A stretch of 64,000 nt of DNA from Octopus sinensis (GCF_006345805.1 NC_043010.1:5642001-5706000); one strand, 5' to 3'; counted from the stretch's first letter, positions 12,095-24,511 are shown. Numbers and translations are program-made. Notes: generated from the letters alone by a model not told the origin.

Positions 12095-12688
12095 AATTTA
12101 TTGCCCACAAGGGGCTAAACATAGAGGGGACAAACAAGGACAGATAAAGGGTTTAAGTTGACTACATCGACCCCAGTTCGTAACTGGTACTTAATTTATC
12201 GACCCCAAAAGGATGAAAGGCAAAGTCGACCTCGGCGGAATTTGAACTCAGAATGTAACGGCAGACAAAATATCTATTTCTTTACTACCCTCGAGGGGCT
12301 AAACACAGAGAGGACAAACAAGGACAGACAAACGGATTAAGTCGATTTTATCGACCCCAGTGCATAACTGGTACTTAATTTATCAACCCCGAAAGGCTGA
12401 AAAGCAAAGTCGACCTCGGCGGAATTTGAATTCAGAATGTAACGGCAGACAAAATATCTATTTCTTTACTACCCTCGAGGGGCTAAACACAGAGAGGACA
12501 AACAAGGACAGACAAACGGATTAAATCGATCATATCGACCCCAGTGCGTAACTGGCACTTATTTATTCGACCCCAAAAGGATGAAAGGCAAAGTCGACCT
12601 CGGCGGAATTTGAACTCAGAACGTAAAGGCAGACGAAATACCGCTAAGCATTTTGCCCGGCATGCTAACGTGTCTGCCATCTCGCCGC
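12095..12688 (-). mobile_element. Head-to-tail trimer of SINE C
   Basis: One unit with an intact head and two 5'-clipped units; identical junctions 184 bp apart. Confidence 0.85.
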
Positions 12689-13866
12689 TGGTATTAGGCA
12701 ACCCAGGCTGTAGGTTATAAGACTTTCCCAACATGCCATACTACAGAACTGAAACAAGAACCTTATGATTGAAGAGTGAACTTCTTAAACCATTCAGCCA
12801 TACTGAACTTGCAGGTATATCATCCATATATATGCTTACATGCACACACACACACCACACATGCACACATGCATGCATGCACACACACACATGCATATGT
12901 AATATATATGCAAAACACATACAGACATATATACAGAACAAACCAAATTAATCCAGGTTCTTCAAATACAATCAATCAGTGGGACAGTTAAAACTTGCAA
13001 AATGTTCCAGAGACTCTCTGTGAGAATTTCCCATGCTGAAACTATGAAAAACATGTCAAATGCTCCAGAGACTTCTCTTCCCCCCTACTGTGAATTTCAT
13101 GGGTCACACATATACATACACATAACCACATATACATACTAAATGCATGAACATACACACACATAAGAGCGAAGCACAAACACTTGTAGACTAAAGAGCA
13201 AAAAGCGTGAAGTACAGACACTTATACGCTGAAATGAAATGAATCCACCTCACAAAAAACAAGTTACCATGAATACAAACATGCTTATATACACACATCA
13301 ACCAATTCAGACGACCACAAACCTCAAACATCTGTCTTAAGTGAAGCAGAAGAACCTTGCCACTCGGTTAGAGACCAGCTTGAATTCTCTGAAGAGAAAA
13401 TCTTTAATATATCCTAAAGAAAACAGGTTACATACATTCATACGTACATATGGCATCGAATACAGACACATTGACTTAGGGGATTATTCATTCCCACAGA
13501 TAATGAGTACTATCCCCTATGAATTTTGCCATTAATAAAAGCTTGAATAAAAAAAAAATAAAAGAAACTGATTGCCTTCCTTAGATAAATAAAAAAAAAC
13601 AACTTTTTATTAAAAAGACTTTAGCAACACTCAAGCGGCAAAATTAAATTAATAAATCCTACTTACAAAAAACTACTACTGCATTTATGATGGAGACAAA
13701 AAACCTGGAGTTAGCTATCAGAAATCACAGAACTATCAGGAGAAATTTCAATGTACTTTCATGCTGAAGTTTGCCCCATACTGGTTCCATAGAAAGGATA
13801 AGTAAGATCTCTTGATAGACTACATGAAGAGACTAAAAGAATATTGAAATAAAAATTACTCAAAAT

Positions 13867-14020
13867 TGTGTGGTAAGTAGCTTGCTAACCAACCACATGG
13901 TTCCGGGTTCAGTTCCACTGCATGGCACCTTGGGCAAGTGTCTTCTACCATAGCCTCGGGACGACCAAAGCCTTGTGAGTGGATTTGGTAGACGGAAACT
14001 GAAAGAAGCCCGTCGTATAT

Positions 14021-14065
<45 letters not shown>

Positions 14066-14297
14066 CCTGTGTGTGTTTGTGTGTCTGTGTATGTCCCCCT
14101 AGCATTGCTTGACAACCGATGCTGGTGTGTTTATGTCCCTGTTACTTAGCGGTTCAGCACAAGAGACCGATAGAATAAGTACTGGGCTTCCAAAGAATAA
14201 GTCCTGGGGTCGAGTTGCTCGATTAAAGGCGGTGCTCCAGCATGGCCACAGTCAAATGACTGAAACAAGTAAAAGAGTAAAAGAGTAAAAAGATAAA
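13867..14297 (+). mobile_element. SINE group B, slightly 5'-truncated
   Basis: Colinear with the other B copies. Confidence 0.9.
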
Positions 14298-14607
14298 AGC
14301 ACACATATACAATGAACTTCTGCATAGTATTTTCTGAGACTATAATAAGACTTACTTGACTTGCTCAAAGTATTTATCAATATCATGAGAGTGAACACAA
14401 AACCAAGTGGTTGCTTGCAAGAAGTGAATGTTTTAAATACACAGCCATATATTGGCTCACCCTGAATAATGAAAAGTGTGTTTGTATATTTGCTGACTTA
14501 ACATCAACGTTACAGTACAAAGTTACACTGTTACACTGTCTTACACAACAAGGTTACATATAACAAATAGACCTTAATAGTCCATTTAAAAACTAAGTTT
14601 AAATATT

Positions 14608-14784
14608 CCACATGCTATAGGTTCTTTCCTACTGCATGGCACTTTCGGCATATCTTCTACTATAGCTTCAAGCTAACTAATGCCTTGTGAATTAATTTGG
14701 TTGACAGAAAAATGGCATTGAAATGTGTCTTACACATGCACACACAAATACAGACACACACACACAGACACGCGCGCACACACA

Positions 14785-14829
<45 letters not shown>

Positions 14830-15120
14830 GTATGAATTGTCTTACATGTGTACATGCATGCGCACACACATACACACACACACACACACTCACACACACA
14901 CATAGATGGATGTGCGTTTTGCATTTGTCCCCTACTATTGCTGGACAACCAGTGCTGGTTTGTTTACACCCCTCTAACTTAATGGTTCACCAAAAGAGAT
15001 AGAATAAGTACCAGACTTTAAAATAGAATAAGTACAGGAGTTGGTTTGTTTCACTAAGCCTTTCAAGGCAGGGCCCCAGCATGGCCACAGTCCAATGAAT
15101 GATACAACAAAAAGATAAAA
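14608..15120 (+). mobile_element. Old SINE B-like copy with an expanded (CA)n array
   Basis: Degenerate 5' and 3' halves flank the CA array at about 14745-14905. Confidence 0.65.
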
Positions 15121-15127
15121 GGTATGT

Positions 15128-15520
15128 AAATATAGCTGTGGTTGTGTCATAAGAAACTTGCTTCCCAACCACATGATTCCAGGTTCAGTCCCACTGAGTG
15201 GCACCTTGAGCAAGTGTCTTCAACTATTGCTATATACTATAGAGCCTTGTGAGTGGATTTGGTAGATGGAAACTGAAAGAAGCCCATCATGTATCTGTGT
15301 GTGTGTGTTTGTCCTTCACCACTGCTTGACAACTGGTGTTGGTGTGTTTACATCCCCATAACTTATCAGTTTGGCTTAAGAGATTGATACAGTAAGTAAC
15401 AGGCTTTAAAAAAAATGTACTGGGGGTCGACTAAAATTTTTTCAAGATGATGATGCCCCAGTATGGCAGTAGTATGATGACAGAAACAAATAAAAGGAAA
15501 GCAAAAATAAAAGGTAAGTA
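15128..15520 (+). mobile_element. SINE B-like, older subfamily
   Basis: GGTTCAGTCCCACTG...GTGAGTGGATTTGGTAGATGGAAAC and a B-type 3' half. Confidence 0.8.
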
Positions 15521-15528
15521 AATATAAA

Positions 15529-15935
15529 GGCACAGAAGTAAGCTGTGTGATAAGTAGCTTGCTTACCAGCCACATGGTTCTAGGTTCAGTCCCACTGCGT
15601 GGCACCTTGGACAAGTGTCTTCTACTATAGCCTTGGGCCAACCAAAGCCTTATGAGTGGATTTGGTAGATGGAAACTGAAAGAAGCCCGTCGAATATATG
15701 TATGTATATATATATATATGTGTGTGTGCATGTTTGTGTGTCTGTGTTTGTCCTCCTAACATTGCTTGACAACCGATACTGATGTGTTTATGTCCCTGTC
15801 ACTTAGCGGTTTGGCAAAAGAGACCGATAGAATAAGCACTGGGTTTACAAAGAATAAGTGCTGGGTCGATTTGCTTGACTAAAGGCGGTGCTCCAGCATG
15901 GCCGCAGTCAAATGCCTGAAACAATTAAAAGAGTA
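15529..15935 (+). mobile_element. SINE group B, full length
   Basis: Colinear with the other B copies. Confidence 0.9.
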
Positions 15936-16399
15936 TAATGGTCTTAAAGGAATGAGCTTTAATATGTGCTTCTTCAATTTGAACTGACCTGGGCTAAACG
16001 ACAATGAACAACAATAAGAACAACAACAGAATAGGTCTGTTGTCGTTAAAGTAGACTATCCAGCTGCAAAATTACCAATCTACTAGTGCACCCACTGCTA
16101 CATGTAATGTTACCCTAAAGCAGCTGGTTTAGTCAGAGATAAGGTCACTGATATTATTCAGGCAAATTAAATAGAAACAATAAAATGATGTGATACAATT
16201 CTGTATGGAAACAAGCTGAACAATTGCTTCTCTCTTCAGAATCAGTGAATTTTTTTTTTTTTTGTTATTCTAATGGAGGTGGGTGTTATGATTTTTCCCC
16301 CTATTTTATTTATATATTTTGTTACACAAGGATACATGAGTCAGTTTCTGTTGTAAAATTTGTATATAACTTTTGAAATAAAAGAAGTAAAGAATTGTA

Positions 16400-16740
16400 A
16401 ACATGGTTGGGGATATCAAATTGATTATGGTTTCAAGTTCAGTTCCACTGTGTGGCCCCTTGTCTATTATAGCCCTGGGTTGACCAATGCCATGTGAGTG
16501 AATAGTATGTATAGTATGTATAGTATGTATGTGTGTGTGTTTTTGTGTTTATTCCACCACTACTTGACAACCAGTGTTTGTTTGTTTGTTTACATCCCCA
16601 TAACTTAGTGGTTCGGCAAAAGTTTCCAATAAAATAAGTACTGAAATACTGGGATTGATTTGTTTTGCTTCACATTTCAAAGTGGTGCTCTGCATGAAAC
16701 AAGTAAAAAATGTTTAAAAATAAATAAAAGATAAACAAAT
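16400..16740 (+). mobile_element. Old SINE B-like copy
   Basis: Degenerate match along the whole element. Confidence 0.6.
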
Positions 16741-16830
16741 GATAAAATATACTTATTTCAGACCAAAACTGAAGAGTAATGTTTGAAACAAAAAATTACA
16801 GCATTGGAACCAGATATATTATAAGGTATT

Positions 16831-17198
16831 GTGGAGGCGCAATGACCCAGTGGTCGTAGGATCGCGGTTTCAATTCCCAGACCGGATGTTGTGAGTGTTT
16901 ATTGAGCGAAAAACACCTAAAAGCTCCACGAGGCTCCGGCAGGGATGGTGGTGATCCCTGCTGTACTCTTTCACCACAACTTTCTCTCACTCTTACTTCC
17001 TGTTTCTGTTGTACCTGTATTTCAAAGGGCCGGCCTTGTCACTCTCTGTGTCACGCTGAATATCCCCGAGAACTACGTTAAGGGTACACGTGTCTGTGGA
17101 GTGCTCAGCCACTTACACGTTAATTTCATGAGCAGGCTGTTCCGTTGATCGGATCAACCGGAACCCTCGTCGTCGTAACCGACGGAGTGCTTCCATCC
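16831..17198 (+). mobile_element. SINE group A, tail A2, with 13-bp TSD
   Basis: ATTATAAGGTATT at 16818-16830 and 17199-17211; A and B boxes intact. Confidence 0.92.
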
Positions 17199-17337
17199 AT
17201 TATAAGGTATTATACAATTCTCTCAAGCTTAAAATGAAACACAATCATAGGATGTGATATTCTTCAATAAGTTCCAAGTAATTTTCAAAGTCAAAAATGA
17301 ATATATCGAAATGGAAATGAAAATGGCATTAATATAA

Positions 17338-17891
17338 TTAGGTTTTCTGGAAAGTTCCGAGCGTTTTAAAAATAAATTTTTTAATGAACACACCTTACAT
17401 TGAACACACCTGAAGTGTAACACAGTTAAAGCTTTGGCATTGCTTGAAGTGATAGTGCATCTCTTCTTTGTTCCTGACTGAAAATAGATTTGTCTTTCAT
17501 TCCAGTTACCCTTTATTGACATTTGAAATGGATAACCAAAAATTTCATATTTGTGTTGTGATGCTTTTCTTTTTTTAAACAAGGAGAAAATGCTGCAAAA
17601 ACTTGCAAAAACATTTGTGAAATTTATGGTGATGATGATACAGGTGAATCAATTGTTCAAAGGAGATTTGCAAAATTTAAAACTGGAGAGCTTAGCTTGG
17701 AAGATGACAATTGCAGTAGAAGACCTTTCAAATTGGATGAAGATGTTTTGAAGGCAAAAATTGAAGAAAACTCAACTAGAGAACATGCAGAGAAGTTGGA
17801 AGTTTCTAGAAGTACGGTTCATGAACACCTAGTGAAGCTAGGATACATTTCTCACTGTAAGGTATGGGTCCCTCACAAACTCTCAGAAAAG
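17338..17891 (+). mobile_element. Mariner transposon 5' relic
   Basis: TIR-like TTAGGTTTTCTGGAAAGTTCCGAGCGTTTT at about 17338, followed by a transposase N-terminus. Confidence 0.75.
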
Positions 17892-17895
17892 AATT
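17528..17895 (+). pseudogene. Mariner transposase N-terminal HTH region, frameshifted and truncated
   Basis: MDNQKFHICVVMLFFF, +1 shift in the T run near 17570, then KQGENAAKTCKNICEIYG...RRFAKFKTGELSLEDD...STVHEHL...WVPHKL (mariner WVPHEL motif); no DD34D domain follows. Confidence 0.85.
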
Positions 17896-18555
17896 ACACA
17901 CTCTATTAACGGTGAAACAATTGTATAGAGTTAATCTATTTTTTCGTTATTTTTCATTTGTCCTGCTCGCTTACAATCTTAAGAACAATTCTTTAGTGGT
18001 GGATTCCCTTCGTGGATCTATATCTAGTGTTAGAGTGGCCACATGTGGACTCTCTCATTACTTGTATTAATAATTTTTACTGTATCCCAGTTTTTATACG
18101 CTAGGCCACTTGGTGTTTTATATTGATGCTATTAATTAATATTCAATTTTTTTCACCCTTATTGTGATTTTAATTATAAATTAATATGTTCTCAAACTGG
18201 CAGTAAATTACTTGGGTAGTATTTACATCCAGGTTTAGCATACGAGAATGAGGATATTTGAACGTAACTGCAGATATAATCGGCTGTGCCATTCACCTCT
18301 ATTCGGCTTCGTGTGGATGTTGGCGTTCGACTCAGCAAATTATATTTTTTTGATATACTTTACTGAAGATCCGAAAATGATTGTGTAAGTAAAATTACAC
18401 AATCTATTAACGGTGAAACAATTGTATAGAGTTAATCTATTTTTTCGTTATTTTTCATTTGTCCTGCACGCTTACATCCTTGGCGCGTTGAACTAATTCT
18501 TGAGAACAATTCTTTGGTGGTGGATTCCCTTCATGGATCTATATCTAGCATTAGA
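17892..18555 (+). mobile_element. Hammerhead-bearing repeat, about 1.3 units of 501 bp (Penelope pLTR-like or retrozyme-like)
   Basis: Direct repeats 17892-18030 and 18393-18555; GAAACAATTGTA at 17914 and 18415; no ORF. Confidence 0.65.
18358..18431 (+). ncRNA. Type I hammerhead ribozyme motif
   Basis: CUUUA / CUGAAGA / stem II with CCG:CGG and a perfect 10-bp GAUUGUGUAA:UUACACAAUC hairpin / GAAAC AAUU GUA / UAGAG; first stem II position is a U-U mismatch. Confidence 0.7.
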
Positions 18556-19420
18556 TATATACACACATAGAAACACACATACATGAATAAAAGAAATTGT
18601 AAATGCACTTGGAACCTTTAAGAATATTTTTTTACATTTACTTAACTGACTTCACAATTTTATGCTTTTCAAAAGTCGTGAGAAATAGGAGGGTGCTGGA
18701 TTTATGCCATACTCATGCAGAATACATGAAATTCTGCTACATCAAACAGGTCAAAAAAAGGAATGTTCACATTGTGGTTTCCTTAATTCTTTTACCATAT
18801 TCCTGTGGAATCAGTCTTATCCAACCCATTCCAAAGGACCAAAGGACCACAAAATAATAATTATCAAAATTGTTTATCTTTAAGTAGATCTTTTTTACTC
18901 TACTTTCATATAGAATACTTTTAAATTGACTCAAAATGCATTTAGAGTTAAAGTTCAGGTTGATATGATTATAATAAGCTTGTTAGTCATTTACAGATAC
19001 CAAAAACATGTTTTGTGAAGTCAAAAGGTCGACCTAACTCATGTGACTTCTAGAAAATCGTTTTTCTTCTGATGCTTTTGTGTAGAGATCCATCTAATAA
19101 TTCAGTTAAACTAATTTCAGCATAATGCTTTCAGAATTACTTTAAAATTTAGTAATTTGTGTCAAAGTTTATATGTCAACTTTGAGTGTTCTGCTTTTAT
19201 AGTTTAATGTTGAGTTTTCTTGTATTTTATTTCAGATGGAAGTTTTAAATCTTATATAACAGAAGTCATTTCAGGATTTCATAATGTGTAAAAAAAAAAA
19301 AAAGAATTCATTGGATTTCTTAAATGTTACTTACACTGACTTTTCTTTCCATAATGTACTTCATTTCTCTAATAGGACAAACTTCGAAAAATGAATTTAA
19401 TTTTTTCCACATATAGAATT

Positions 19421-19747
19421 GTGGAGGCGCAATGGCCCAGTGGTTAGGGCAGCGGACTCACTCGTGGTCGGAGGATCGCGGTTTTGATTCCCAGACTGAG
19501 CGTCGTGTGTGTTTATTGAGCAAAAACTCCTAAAGCTCCACGAGGCTCCGACAGGTGGTGGTGGCGACCCCTGTTGTACTCTTTCACTACAACTTTCTCT
19601 CACTCTTTCTTCTTGTTTCTTGGGTAATGCTGCAATGGACTGGCATCCCGTCCAGGTGGTGGGGGGGGAACACATATGCCACAGAAACCAGGAAACCGGG
19701 CCCATGAGCCTGGCTAGGCTTGAAAACGTTGCATAAATAAATAAAAA
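19421..19747 (+). mobile_element. SINE group A, tail A1, with 12-bp TSD
   Basis: ACATATAGAATT at 19409-19420 and 19748-19759. Confidence 0.9.
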
Positions 19748-19784
19748 ACATATAGAATTAAAATAAATTTGTTAATTTGGTGGG

Positions 19785-19958
19785 AAGGGATGAGTTGATT
19801 ACATCAACCCCAGTGTTTCATGGGTACTTAATTTATCAACCCCGAAAGGATGAAAGGCAAAGTCGACTTTGGCAGAATTTGAACTCAGAATGTAGCAATG
19901 GGTGAAATACCACTAAGAATTTTGTCCAGCATGCTAACAATTCTGCCAGCTCACTGCC

Positions 19959-19960
<2 letters not shown>
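19785..19960 (-). mobile_element. SINE C-like, older subfamily
   Basis: Core and head match; different 3' end. Confidence 0.8.
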
Positions 19961-19991
<31 letters not shown>

Positions 19992-20034
19992 TAATCCATT
20001 CTATTAAAAGCACAAGGCCTCAAATTTTCAGAGA

Positions 20035-20205
20035 CGTGACCAGTCAATTACATCATCCCCAGTACTCAAGAAGTTCGTAATTTATCAATTCTGAAAGGAA
20101 AAAAGGCAATGTCGACCCCAGTGGAATTTGAACTGAGAACATAGAGATGGACGAAATGGTGCTAAGCATTTTGCCTGGCACAGTAATGATTCTGCCAGCT
20201 TGCAG
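20035..20205 (-). mobile_element. SINE C-like, older subfamily
   Basis: Degenerate core and head. Confidence 0.7.
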
Positions 20206-20444
20206 AATTGTTACCATTTAATATCATGATTACTAAATCCAATATAATAATATCAATCATGATATCAAATTTAGTAATATTAATCCTGCAAACAATAAAA
20301 GTTGTTGCTCAAGAAAAAAAAAATTAAAGATTTATTTATTTGTAAATTCCTTATATATTATGTGTCAACATATTTTAAGCATTTGTCAAAGTGAAAGAAT
20401 TAGAGAATGAAAAAAATTTCCAACTTGAAGAGGAAACATGACAA

Positions 20445-20832
20445 GGTGCAGAAGTGGCTGTGTGGTAAGTAGCTTGCTAACCAACCACATGGTTCCAGGT
20501 TCAGTCCCACTGCGTGACATCTTGGGCAAGTGTATTCTGCTATAGCCCCAGGCCGACCAATGCCTTGTGAGTGGATTTGGTAGACGGAAACTGAAAGAAG
20601 CCTGTCGTATATATGTGTGTGTGTCTGTGTTTGTACCCCTAGCATTGCTTGACAACCGATGCTGGTGTGTTTATGTCCCCGTTACTTAGCGGTTCGGCAA
20701 AAGAGACCGATAGAATAAGTACTGGGCTTACAAAAGAATAAGTCCCGGGGTCGAGTTGCTCGATTAAAGGCGGTGCTTCAGCATGGCCGCAGTCGAATGA
20801 CTGAAACAAGTAAAAGAGTAAAAGAGAGTAAA
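20445..20832 (+). mobile_element. SINE group B, full length
   Basis: Colinear with the other B copies. Confidence 0.9.
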
Positions 20833-20884
20833 CAGTCATATGTGATTTTCAGATCTTGTATTTACGTTGGATCTAACTGGTACT

Positions 20885-21190
20885 CTGTTAGATTATGACT
20901 ACAAGGGTCCCAGTTGATGTGATCAACAGAAGATCCTGATCATGAAATTAATGTGCAAATGGCTGAGCCCTCCACAGACATGTGTACCCTTCATGTAGTT
21001 CTCAGGGAGATTCAGTGTGACACAGAATGTGACAAAGCTGGTTCTTTGAATTACAGGTACAATTCATTCTGGTCTGCTGAGTGGAATGGAGCAATGTGAA
21101 GTAAAGCATCTTGCTCAAGGAACCAATGTGCCACCAGGAATCAAGCACATCAGCATGGGCTGATACCCGAACCACTTAGCCACATGCCTT
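20885..21190 (-). mobile_element. Old SINE with an A2-type tail
   Basis: Reverse complement of the A2 tail, then a degenerate tRNA-like head near 21190. Confidence 0.6.
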
Positions 21191-21234
21191 CACTCATCGG
21201 ATCTAATACAGCTGGAGTCACATGTAGGGGTTAT

Positions 21235-21454
21235 AAGAGTGTGTGTGTGTGTGTAAGAGTGTGTGTGTGTGAGTGTGTGAGTGTGAGAGTGTGTGTGTGA
21301 GAGTGTATGTGAGTGTGTGTGTGTGTGTGAGTGTGTGTGTGTGTGAGAGTGTGTGTGTGTGAGTGTGTGTGTGTGAGTGTGTGTGTGTGTGAGAGTGTAT
21401 GAGTGTGTGTGTGTGTGAGTGTTTGTGTGTGTGAGAGAGAGAGAGAGTGTGGTG

Positions 21455-21485
<31 letters not shown>

Positions 21486-21985
21486 TGTGAGAGAGAGAGA
21501 GTTGTGTGTGTGTGTGTAAGAGTGGTGTGTGTGTGAGTGTTGTGTGTGAGTGTGTGTGTGTGAGAGTGTATGTGAGTGGTGTGTGTGTGTGAGTGTGTGT
21601 GTGTGTGAGAGTGTGTGTGTGTGGAGTGTGTGTGTGTGAGTGTGTGTGTGTGAGAGTGTATGAGTGTGTGTGTGTGTGAGTGTTTGTGTGTGTGAGAGAG
21701 AGAGAGAGTGTGTGTGTTGTGAGTGTGTGTGTGTGGTGAGTGTGTGTGTGGTGTGAGTGTGTGTGTGTGAGGTGTGTGTGTGAGAGTGTATGAGTGTGGT
21801 GTGTGTGAGTGTTTGTGTGTGTGAGAGAGAGAGAGAGTGTGTGTGTGTGAGTGTGTGTGTGTGTGTGAGTGTGTGTGTGTGTGAGAGAGTGTGTGTGTGA
21901 GTGTGAGTGTGTGTGTGAGAGAGAGTGTGTGTGTGTATGTGTGTGAATGAGTGTGTGTGAGTGTGTGTGTGTGTGTGCGTGTGCA
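21235..21985. repeat. Compound (TG)n/(AG)n array of about 750 bp with internal higher-order blocks
   Basis: Directly visible; GAGTGTTTGTGTGTGTGAGAGAGAG recurs near 21417, 21678 and 21806. Confidence 0.95.
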
Positions 21986-22210
21986 TGTGTTGTGCTTGCC
22001 CTACCACTGCTTAACAATCGGTGTTGGTTTGTTTATGTCCATGTCACTTAAAGGTTCAGCAAAAGAAACCAATAGAATAAATACCAAACTTATAAAACAA
22101 GTTTGGTATTTACTTATAAAATAAGTCTATCCTGTCCAAGTAAACCCTTCAAGATGTTGTTCTGTCATGACTGCAGTCCAATTATTTAAACAAGTAAATG
22201 ATAAAAGATA
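21986..22210 (+). mobile_element. SINE B-like 3' half
   Basis: CCACTGCTTAACAATCGGTGTTGGT...AATAGAATAAATACC, degenerate. Confidence 0.65.
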
Positions 22211-22252
22211 AAACATAATTTGGCAAATATATAGATAGATAAATGAATAAAT

Positions 22253-22518
22253 GTGGAGGTGTGTGGCTTAGTGGTTAGGGTGAACTCATGATCGCAAGGT
22301 CGTGGTTTCGATTCCTGGACCGGGCAATGAGTTGTGTTCTAGAACAAAACACTTCATTTTCACGTTGCTCCAGTCCACTCAGCTGGCAAAAATGAGTAAT
22401 TCTGTGACAGTCCAGCGTCCCGTCCAGGTGGAGAATTTCTACGCCACTGAAACTGGGAAACTGGCCCTTATGAGCCTGGCAAGGCTCGAGAAGGAACATT
22501 TGTTTTTTTTTTTTTTTC
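22253..22518 (+). mobile_element. SINE group A variant A3, with TSD
   Basis: tRNA head, GTTGCTCCAGTCCACTCAGCTGGCAAAAATGAGT body, A1-like tail; TAAATGAATAAAT flanks. Confidence 0.85.
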
Positions 22519-22737
22519 TAAATGAATAAATAAAAACGATATAACTGTATGAACATATAGAATTATAGAATGTTTAAATTATATAACTACTGGGAATTTA
22601 CTGTTCTCATGTTACAGAAAAATTATTTATTCAGTAACTTTTCAATAATGAAAATTATTTAGAAAAGATTAATAATTTTATACATATCCAACACACCACA
22701 TAAATTTTTTTATGTAACTGTGGTATATCTTTTATAT

Positions 22738-22985
22738 TTTTCTTTTACTTGTTTCAGTCATTAGACTAAGGCCATTTTTAGTCGAATGTATTAACTCCAG
22801 TACTTTTTTTTTTGTTTGTTTTTGAAGCTTGCTACTTAGTCTATCAGTTTCTTTTGCTGAACTACTTACTTACAGGGATGTAAACACGCCAGCACTGATT
22901 GTCAAGTGAGGTGTGTAGGGGGAAACACAGATACACACACACACACACACACACACAATGGGCTTCTTTTAGTTTCTGTCTAGAA
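22738..22985 (-). mobile_element. SINE B-like partial copy
   Basis: Degenerate 3' half plus (CA)n. Confidence 0.65.
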
Positions 22986-23606
22986 AATCCTTATATATAA
23001 TGTGTGTTTTATCCCAAAACTATCTCTGGTCAAACTGACCTATGACCAAAATATTCCAGCCATGACCATTTCATCTATTCTGACATAGTTTGTCTCAAAC
23101 TACATTATCTTGTGTAAATATAAATGTTGTCGCTTAGCTTTAGATCAATCCTGATCCATAACACTTATGACCAAAATTGCTCTAGATATATCTATTCTGT
23201 CTGTCTCTTATTTATATGGAGTGTATATTTAAAACTACAATAACCAATGTGTCCTTCATATTTTAAGGAAGTAATCTGTATGCCAGGAAGGTCAGAGTCA
23301 TGAGTGTAACAAAACAAATATGCTACTTAAATTGTTGTATGTTTTTGAATGAAATTAATTTTCTGAAAGTGGTCTTGTCATGAATTTGAACCAATGAAGG
23401 AAATTTGACTGCTACTTTTAACATGTCTGGTAACCCCGTAAAGGTGCCCTTGTTAGCTCATTTGATTTTTTATAATGTGGTTTACAAAATAATCCAATTG
23501 TTGTTGATGATGTTTTTCTTGTTTAACTCCTGATCCAATAGATTATCCTGTCTCTGTCTTTTCTTTTCTTTCTATTTTAGAATTTATTGTATTATGCATC
23601 TACAAC

Positions 23607-24012
23607 TGGCACAGGAGTGGCCGTGTGGTAAGTAGCTTGTTTACCAACCACATGGTTCCAGGTTCAATCCCACTGCGTGGCACCTTGGGTAAGTGTCTTC
23701 TACTGTAGCCTCGGGCCAACCGAAGCCATGTGAGTGGATTTGGTAGACGGAAACTGAAAGAAGCCCGTCGTATATGTATATATATATTATGCGTGTGTGT
23801 GTTTGTGTGTCTGTGTTTGTCCCCCTAGCATTGCTTGACAACCGATGCTGGTGTGTTTATGTCCCCGTTACTTAGCGGTTCGGCAAAAGAGACCGATAGA
23901 ATAAGTACTGGGCTTACAAAAGAATAAGCCCCGGGGTCGAGTTGCTCAATTAAAGGCGGTGCTCCAGCATGGCCGCAGTCAAATGACTGAAGCAAGTAAA
24001 AGAGTAAATAGA
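23607..24012 (+). mobile_element. SINE group B, full length
   Basis: Colinear with the other B copies. Confidence 0.9.
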
Positions 24013-24148
24013 GTTACTACATTAGCCATTGTGCCTTTTTTGCAAGATTATTAAGTCGTAATTTGTGAGGGATTTGGCTAATGTTTGTAGCTGAGTGAAC
24101 AGCTGTTCTATTGGATTCCTACATTGCTTGGAAACGATCTTACATTAC

Positions 24149-24302
24149 AGTTTCATTCTAAACATCTGAAGATATAAACTTCTAGGAATTCTGTTAGATT
24201 TCATAAAATGTGCCTCTTCAAAATACTTCTCCACTAGAGGCTTGGATTGGCTTGCTGTGACTTTGTGGAAAGGTTCTGTAGCAAGAAAATTACTAATACC
24301 AG
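24149..24302 (-). CDS. Candidate internal exon of an unidentified gene
   Basis: Acceptor TTGTGTTATTCTTTGCAG, 50 open codons GISNFLATEPFHKVTASQSKPLVEKYFEEAHFMKSNRIPRSLYLQMFRMK in unique DNA, weak GTAATG donor (or stop at 24145-24147); no recognisable domain. Confidence 0.3.
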
Positions 24303-24511
24303 CTGCAAAGAATAACACAAACAAATAAATAGAGATGATGATTTATCTTAACAGCTATTTTTTTCTTCTTTTTCTTATCTCCCCATGGTGTTAAAATGGT
24401 TTTGTCATACAGAGAAAATGAAGAGGAAACATTTTACAAAAAATTGCCTTTAATTGATAACCAGTGATAACCAAAAGAGAAACAGACTAAAAAAAAAAGA
24501 AATGTATTCAT

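Noticed and set aside
12095-12688. Regularly spaced repeats suggesting a CRISPR array
   Set aside because: Eukaryotic context; units are 184-bp SINE copies with no unique spacers.
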